This document shows, one piece after another, positions 57,776 to 64,000 of a stretch of DNA of 64,000 nt. The notes under the pieces were generated by a model that saw only the letters and a program-made list of their open reading frames with translations, had not been told where the DNA came from and searched no databases. The stretch lies in contig OZ076409.1 of NCBI GenBank assembly GCA_964187785.1, positions 84,012,001 to 84,076,000 on the forward strand, written 5' to 3'. This DNA is from Amphiscolops sp. MND2022. Its lineage: Eukaryota. A program made the translations under genes and the position numbers. The first letter of the stretch is position 1; every line of letters starts with the position of its first letter.

Positions 57776-60700
57776 AAAAACGAAAAAAATATATGTATAC
57801 CAATGTAGATGCTTTTATTTTTTCATCCGTGGTTCTAGTATTAGTGTTCAATTTTGTTAATGCAAAGAGAGTAATGCAGCACAGATTGATATATGCGCAT
57901 GCGTTGAAACGAACGTGCAGAAGAAAAAAATGCTAGACTTATTAGCTGTGGTGTGTGCAACAAACGTGGCTTGCTTGTTCAGATGTTCATCTGGCTACTT
58001 CTCGTGACAGTTTGCTGCCAGACTATTCGGTTTTAAAAAAATCGCTTCAACATCCTTCGATGACTGCTTATCAATCAAACTCACACTGTGACAAGTCGTT
58101 TTCAAGACCTTCGGGTTGGCCTACAAACACTCTCCCTTGGAAATCGCGAGAGCCAAGTATAACTAACTCGTAACAGAAAATGGTGTTTTAAAAACAATCG
58201 ATTTATCTGTATGACTGTCAAATCCGCTTAAAACTAGCATATTTGAAGAGTTACTCTAGATAACAAAATGTAACCGAAGTTCTCTATATTTTGTGCATTC
58301 AACTTCGTGATATTAGTTTTCTCATTAGCCGGATCTCAAAATGTACCATGTATCGGCACAAAAATGTTTCCTGACATCTAAAATCAAAACTATCTGAAGA
58401 AATAAAGAAGGTTGAAGGTTGGCGAGATTCTGTCAAAGACTAACGTTCGCTATTCGGTTTACTGGCAGTTATTCCAAAACATCACACCTTCTCTCTGATT
58501 TGTAAGCGAGACTTCAGTAACGACGCCAGATGATCATCGGGAACTCTTTCGACGTCAATAGTTTTAGCAAAATATATAAGGTTCGAGCGTCACTAATGAA
58601 TTCATGCCAGTGAAAAGGTTGGAAGCTTGCACAAAAAGGTCAAAATGAAAAATTTTGACTATCGTCTAAAGGTTTTCATCCTTAGCCGTTGAAATCTTGG
58701 GTAATCATGCCAAGAGAGCAATAAAAAATACGTTGAAAAATCAAACTTCCCAATTTGTAGCTTTTTGGCCTTTTTTCAATTGCAGGCACTTTTTGAAAAG
58801 AAATGAAAAGTTATGAGCCAAAAATTAAACTGCCGAAATCGGTACCAATCGAAAGATTGATACCGATCGAGAGATTGATTTTCCTTACATATGGAGTAGG
58901 GCGGAAAATGTATAGTATTGTTCGCGTTTTTTAGATCTTGTTAAACCAACCAGCAAGTCGCAATTAGTGTAGTACTGTGAACGATTTTCCGACAATTTTT
59001 GAATTGAAAGTTGCCGTAAAATCCATAGCTTCGAAAAGGCATCCACAAAATTATTTGACTTCTGTGACCACACTTGTTTTATTTTGATTAGTCCGTCACC
59101 TTATTGCTAATTTTTTGTTGTTTTAAAAAAAATAGTCCCCCTGTTGCCTAGAATAGTGTTATCATATTTAAAAATTCCGCAGTGCTGCTGCAAGTCGGAG
59201 ATTCTCTTCATATGAAAAAATTCGACTTATCGAATTGAAAAAACGAAGAAATATTTCGATTTTATCTCACTATTTGCTTTTTGGTATTTTCGGTAGAAAC
59301 ATGTTTCCCCTTTCTAGAGGGTGACCTCTTTGCTACCTTTCAATCCTGTGCAACTGATGAGATTTCCTAATGATTGTGGAAAAGACATTTTTTCAGTCTT
59401 TTTGTGGCTCTATGCGTTTTTTTCCGAAACTTTAATTGGTCAAAGGGTACCCCCTCGCTTTCATAGCTGATTTCAATTTGCGAAAAAGTAGTTTTGCGAG
59501 CTGAAAGCCTTTTTCGGCACTTTGAGACTTTACCGGAAAAAAAATCGAAAAATTAATTTTCAAAATTGAATATTTGTGTCTCCAATTGGAAAAAAAGTGG
59601 TTTCCGAGTCTTATTCCTACACCTTGGGGTATATTTCGGTACTTAAAAATTGGTAAAAGATTCGAAATAGTGTCCTTTGCATATTTAAGAAAGTTTTTTT
59701 TAAAATTTGAACGGGGTGTCGACTTGGGCCCGTTTCGGCTCATTTATTATTCATGTTTCTTTGACATTATTCATCAGTTAGGCGAAAGGAGTAGAAATGT
59801 CAAAGATGCTCCGAAACGACCCATTCAGTATCAATATTGTCGGATTCTTCAGAAAAAAAATTAACTTGGAAAGCCATTTAACGTTCGTCTTGTTGCGAAA
59901 AACAGGGAAAAGAAAAAATATTTCAAAAAAGATTTAATTCAAAGAGAAGTCATAGTTCAGCTACTTGTCCTCTGCCACTCGCCGGGTTCAGCATTAGCGC
60001 TCAGACGCTCTGCAACATGGCGATTTTCAGTATCGCGTAGAGTGCGTGAGGGTCCAGTGATGAGCACCGGGAAACCAACCACGCTCGGATTTATTTTTCA
60101 AACTTCCGGATTAGATAAGCTGAGTACCGAGAAACTTAATTGTGAAAACCAAATGATTGAGACGGTAAAAAATAAAGATAAATTCAGTTTCAGATGAAAC
60201 TGTGAACGCTGCATTATAACCCTACAAAGTTTGTCCAAGCCGAATGTTTTTTAAAAACTTAACCTTGTTTGCCTGACAACAGCATGAGTTTGGCTGATTC
60301 TATTGAAAATGAAAAAACTTTTTGTTCTTCGCCAATTGTTCTCTTCCACCATTGTTTCGTAAAAAAGAAAACTTATTGCTAAAACTTACTCAAAAACAAC
60401 TTCAGTGGCACTGCGATTTTTTTATATACTGGTACATCAGAGCATTCTCAGGGGGCACTTCAAGGTTGAAAAATAACTTCTACTGAAAATATCATCAACC
60501 CCAAATTGTTTTTTTTCCGAAAAAATCTTTTTGTCCAAAAAAGTTGTTCGGGCTCAAAAAAATTGTTTTCTAAATTGAAATTATTGAGCAGAAAACCGCA
60601 GCAGTTAACCTCTAGTGAAAAGACGAAAGTCACACAGTCGGAAAGTACTGAAAGATCGAAGGGTATCACCAAAAGGGAACTTTTTACAAGCATAACGTTT

Positions 60701-61917
60701 TTGAGTTAGTGCGGCACTCGAATCCATGCACACTTGCTCATCACGCCTTTAAATTCTGCTCATCACAAGGCACGGAAATTTGCGTTAACGAATAAGACAA
60801 GTAGCGTATGATTGCTTGTGAAGTAAGTTGTACAAACAACAGAAAAAAAATTCTGCAGCTAAAATTAGGTTTATGCGTTTCTTAAAGAAACGAAAAATAA
60901 CAAGAGTCCTAGTGTCATATTTTTCGTGTACGGTTGCGAGACTCCTTTAGAGAAAAATCGATCACTTTCAAATATCGATTGTTCGATTTAAAAAATATAG
61001 GAAAAACCTCTCAACAGATCTGAAAACGAACTCATGCTTACATAGTTCCAAATGGACGTTATTGAACATTTCCTCAGCCTTCACTTTGCCAAAATCAACA
61101 AAAAGAACGATAGCGAACCGGTCTTATAATGGTCTTCGGTAATCTTATAATCCACTAAAGAAGCATAAGCTTTTCAAATATGCTCAGAAACAGAATTGGA
61201 GGGTGTCCTCAACCTCACAGCACCTACAAAAAACCAGGAATCCTTCGGACATTTTTTTCCAACTCCAAACTTTAATGACCCAAAAAGTGGAAAAAAATTG
61301 TTTCAAAAAGATTTTTCTTTCCGGGAAAAGTCACACTCAACCGAAAAAAAATGAGGAGTCTCAAAGCTCGTGACACACTCTTGCTAGACTGACAAAATCG
61401 AAAAACCCTATTTTCAAGTAATTTTTCAAAAATTTTTCTTAAATAAAATTGCACAATACCAAAAAACCTTAGTAGTGGAATTTCCAGACTGGCAAAAACT
61501 GAAATAAGTCAGTTCGGTAAATTAAAGGATTTTCCGGGAAAATAGCACAAGGCCAAAAAACTTTCCCTCCAGTTTTAGAAGCATAAAAATTTGGTCCTGC
61601 GCAACATTCGAATCCAAGTCCAACTCACTACGCTCAACAGCTCATGGTAACCTCAGGCCAAGTGGAAAGTTGTTTCCAGATTTCTACCATCGCTTCCCGT
61701 AGCTTTCGGCTGAAATGTTGGAAACAGGAGAAAAACTACGTGCTAAAATTATGTTACGTACTTCGGATTTCTTTTTTTGCCAAAATTGTACAACTTTTGA
61801 ATCCTTCTGTTGTCCAGCAAATTTTTACACTTGCGATAAGCAAGTGTTATGGGAAAGTGCGGGTGCTTTTTTCCGCGCGACAACTCTCTCGTTTCAGCCC
61901 GCAAGTCGCATAGTCAG

Positions 61918-62000
61918 GCGTTCGTGGTCTAGTGGTAAGATGCTTGCTTTTCAACCCAGAGGGTTCGTGTTCGAACCCGTGGGTATGCGCTAATTTTTTT
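61918..62000 (+). pseudogene. Degenerate tRNA-derived (Glu-like) sequence embedded in an interspersed repeat
   Basis: A box TGGTCTAGTGG, TTTTCAA loop, GTTCGAACCC and a downstream T run; the stems are broken. Confidence 0.55.
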
Positions 62001-63395
62001 ACAAGTATTCCGAAGCAGAAGGTTCTCACTTTTTCGCCGCTATGAGACTCCTCCCTTTTTTCGGCTTTGTGAGACTTTTTTTTCGAAAATTTTTTAATGT
62101 CCTCAAAGGGTCCTCCCTTCAATTTGTTTTGATATTTTGCAACAGAACGAATGTTAAAAAATCCCAAAGTGCCCCTTCTTTCAGATTTTTCGGCACCATG
62201 AGACTGTTAAAAATTCTCATTTTTTTCGAAAATTTTTCAAAGACTCCTATGGCTTCCCCTTCAATTTCTTTTTGAAATTTTGCAACATAATGATTGTTAA
62301 AAAATCTCAAAGGGCCCCCTTTTACAGTTTTCGGCATTGTAAGAAATTTCAAAATGAATAATTTTTGTCTTAAAATTAGGTTTTCTGAGGCACGCTATAT
62401 CCGAATTTTGTTTTTTTTTAAAGACCGGCGTTTTTTCTATGCTACTTTTATCTAATCTGTTTTCATCGAAGCCCCCCTTCAATTTTTACTTAAATTGAAA
62501 CGTTTTGCGAGCATAAAGGACTGCTCAAGGTTTTCGGCACTATGCGACTTACCGGAGACTTTCTTCAAAAAATTTTTCAAACAATTTCGAATTTTTTCCT
62601 TATTTTTCTTTTTTAAAAAAATGTTTCCGGTTGAGAAAGATGAGTTTTTTTGCTGTTTCCAGTTGGGGAAGAATGGTTTTCGAGATTTATGCGTATCTCT
62701 TCGGGTATTTTTTGGCGCTGTAAAATTGATGAAATTTTAACAATGTCATTTTACACTTGGTTCTCCGTATGATTTTGCTTATTTGGTTTTCTTCAAAAGT
62801 CGCAACCTTCTGCGCAAGTGTTTGCGAAGCACGGCTTCGCCTCTGTGTAAAAAGTGAGAAATCAAACTTCAAAAAAATTGCCCAAAATGGTCCAAAATGC
62901 GTCGAATTTTTTCAACATTTCAGCAAGTTTTGTATTGGTATTCGCCTTTCGATTGGTATTCTATTACGCGTGACTGCAATGTTGAAGCAATGCTATTGCA
63001 CAATTATTCCACGGCGGAACAAGTGCCAGAGTTCAAGATGGGCCTCGTTCGAATTTTTGTTACGTAGTTGATAGTTTGAGTAGTGAAACAAATCTTTTTG
63101 GAATGCAGCGAGATTCCGGGATTCGTTTAGCTTCTGAAAAAAAGTTAGACAAAACTTCATTTTGACTTTGACTGCCCTTCGATAGAAAGTTGATGGAGTT
63201 AAAAACAATTTCATCGTACAGATTTTGTTTAGTCTGCCTTTGTTCTTATTTTTGCATGACTAAATATGTTTCGGACTTGGTCGGTATCATTTATCTTTGC
63301 AGGTCAGGACATATCTTCGATAGTCTCTGACTACGAGACTTCGTTTTGAACAAGACACCCCTGAGCATAGGTATATTTTCTCTCCCCGAACTATT

Positions 63396-63595
63396 CCTGT
63401 GACAATGAAATCGGAGGCTCAAGAGTAGGGAATGGTAGACAAACTTGCAGAATAACATAACGGAAACATTGAAATATTTGACCCTTTCAGATTAATTAAC
63501 CTGAAAGGGTCAAATATTTCAATGTTTCCGTTATGTTATTCTGCAAATCTGTATACCATTCCCTACTCTTGAGCCTCCGATTGCATCGTCACAGG
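63396..63595. repeat. 200-bp spacerless palindrome centred on TTAATTAA
   Basis: Two 100-bp arms with about 6 mismatches by manual alignment. Confidence 0.95.
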
Positions 63596-64000
63596 TTCAT
63601 CTTAAGTCGCGTAAGTCACAGGTCGCTTAGGTTCATCATTCTCTCTTTCTGAAAAAAACTGCCTAAATTCCTATGCAAGAGTATGGTAAATTGCTAATTG
63701 TTTTGTCACTGAACTTTGCGGAAACAAACCCGCAATCTAACCCAGAAATTGTGAACCAATTGCATGAAACCGTCGAAGAAAAAAGTTTTCCTCAAAGTCC
63801 CGAAGTGGACACCGATTTAGCAGCCCTGCTTTCCTACTTGGTGCCCTTCTCGGATAATACCTCCCCATTTAAGCTACAGTACTATATTAGCAGCCAAATC
63901 GTCAAGCAAAAGACCGCTTGAATCTTTGTTCAGAAGTGACTGTCTCATATTCACAAACGTTTGATTGCTCACTGTTGCTCCATTTGTTATTTTCCGCCCA

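Noticed and set aside
58000..63390. Many 60-105-aa K/F-rich ORFs (also 826-2047, 2997-3997, 14881-19035, 53232-53954)
   Set aside because: They fall in AT-rich interspersed repeats or introns, mostly have non-ATG starts and show no protein motifs.
63673..63921. 82-aa ORF, possibly the start of a retroelement ORF
   Set aside because: No diagnostic motif and close to the window edge.

Overview
This is AT-rich, repeat-dense animal genomic DNA with spliceosomal introns, not a prokaryotic window. It holds three host genes: LCMT2/TYW4 (+, 2.3-9.9 kb), NKAP (+, 14.5-56.0 kb) and TEX52 (-, 56.3-57.8 kb). The last NKAP intron is 36 kb (19613-55643). It contains a complete 18.5-kb Polinton/Maverick (adintovirus-like) provirus at 20473-38937 with AGTAGT...ACTACT ends, ~100-bp imperfect TIRs and a 6-bp TSD (TCAAGT). 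The same intron also has a ~10-kb array of three ~3-kb repeats, a decayed CACTA-like transposase, a LINE 3' fragment and Helentron-like elements. The Polinton has the core genes: pPolB (one frameshift), adenain protease, major and minor capsids, integrase and packaging ATPase. Its cargo is unusual: (1) a divergent ribosomal protein uS5/RPS2 homolog; (2) a small protein with two SILK-like plus RVxF PP1-docking modules; (3) an EGFR-ligand-type EGF protein; (4) two different outward-facing tRNA-like Pol III units built into the two ends, with identical upstream-motif/A-box/B-box spacing, reminiscent of adenovirus VA RNAs. Together these suggest a host translation and growth manipulation kit in an endogenous virus, which is inference. 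All calls come from reading motifs by eye; no database searches were run.
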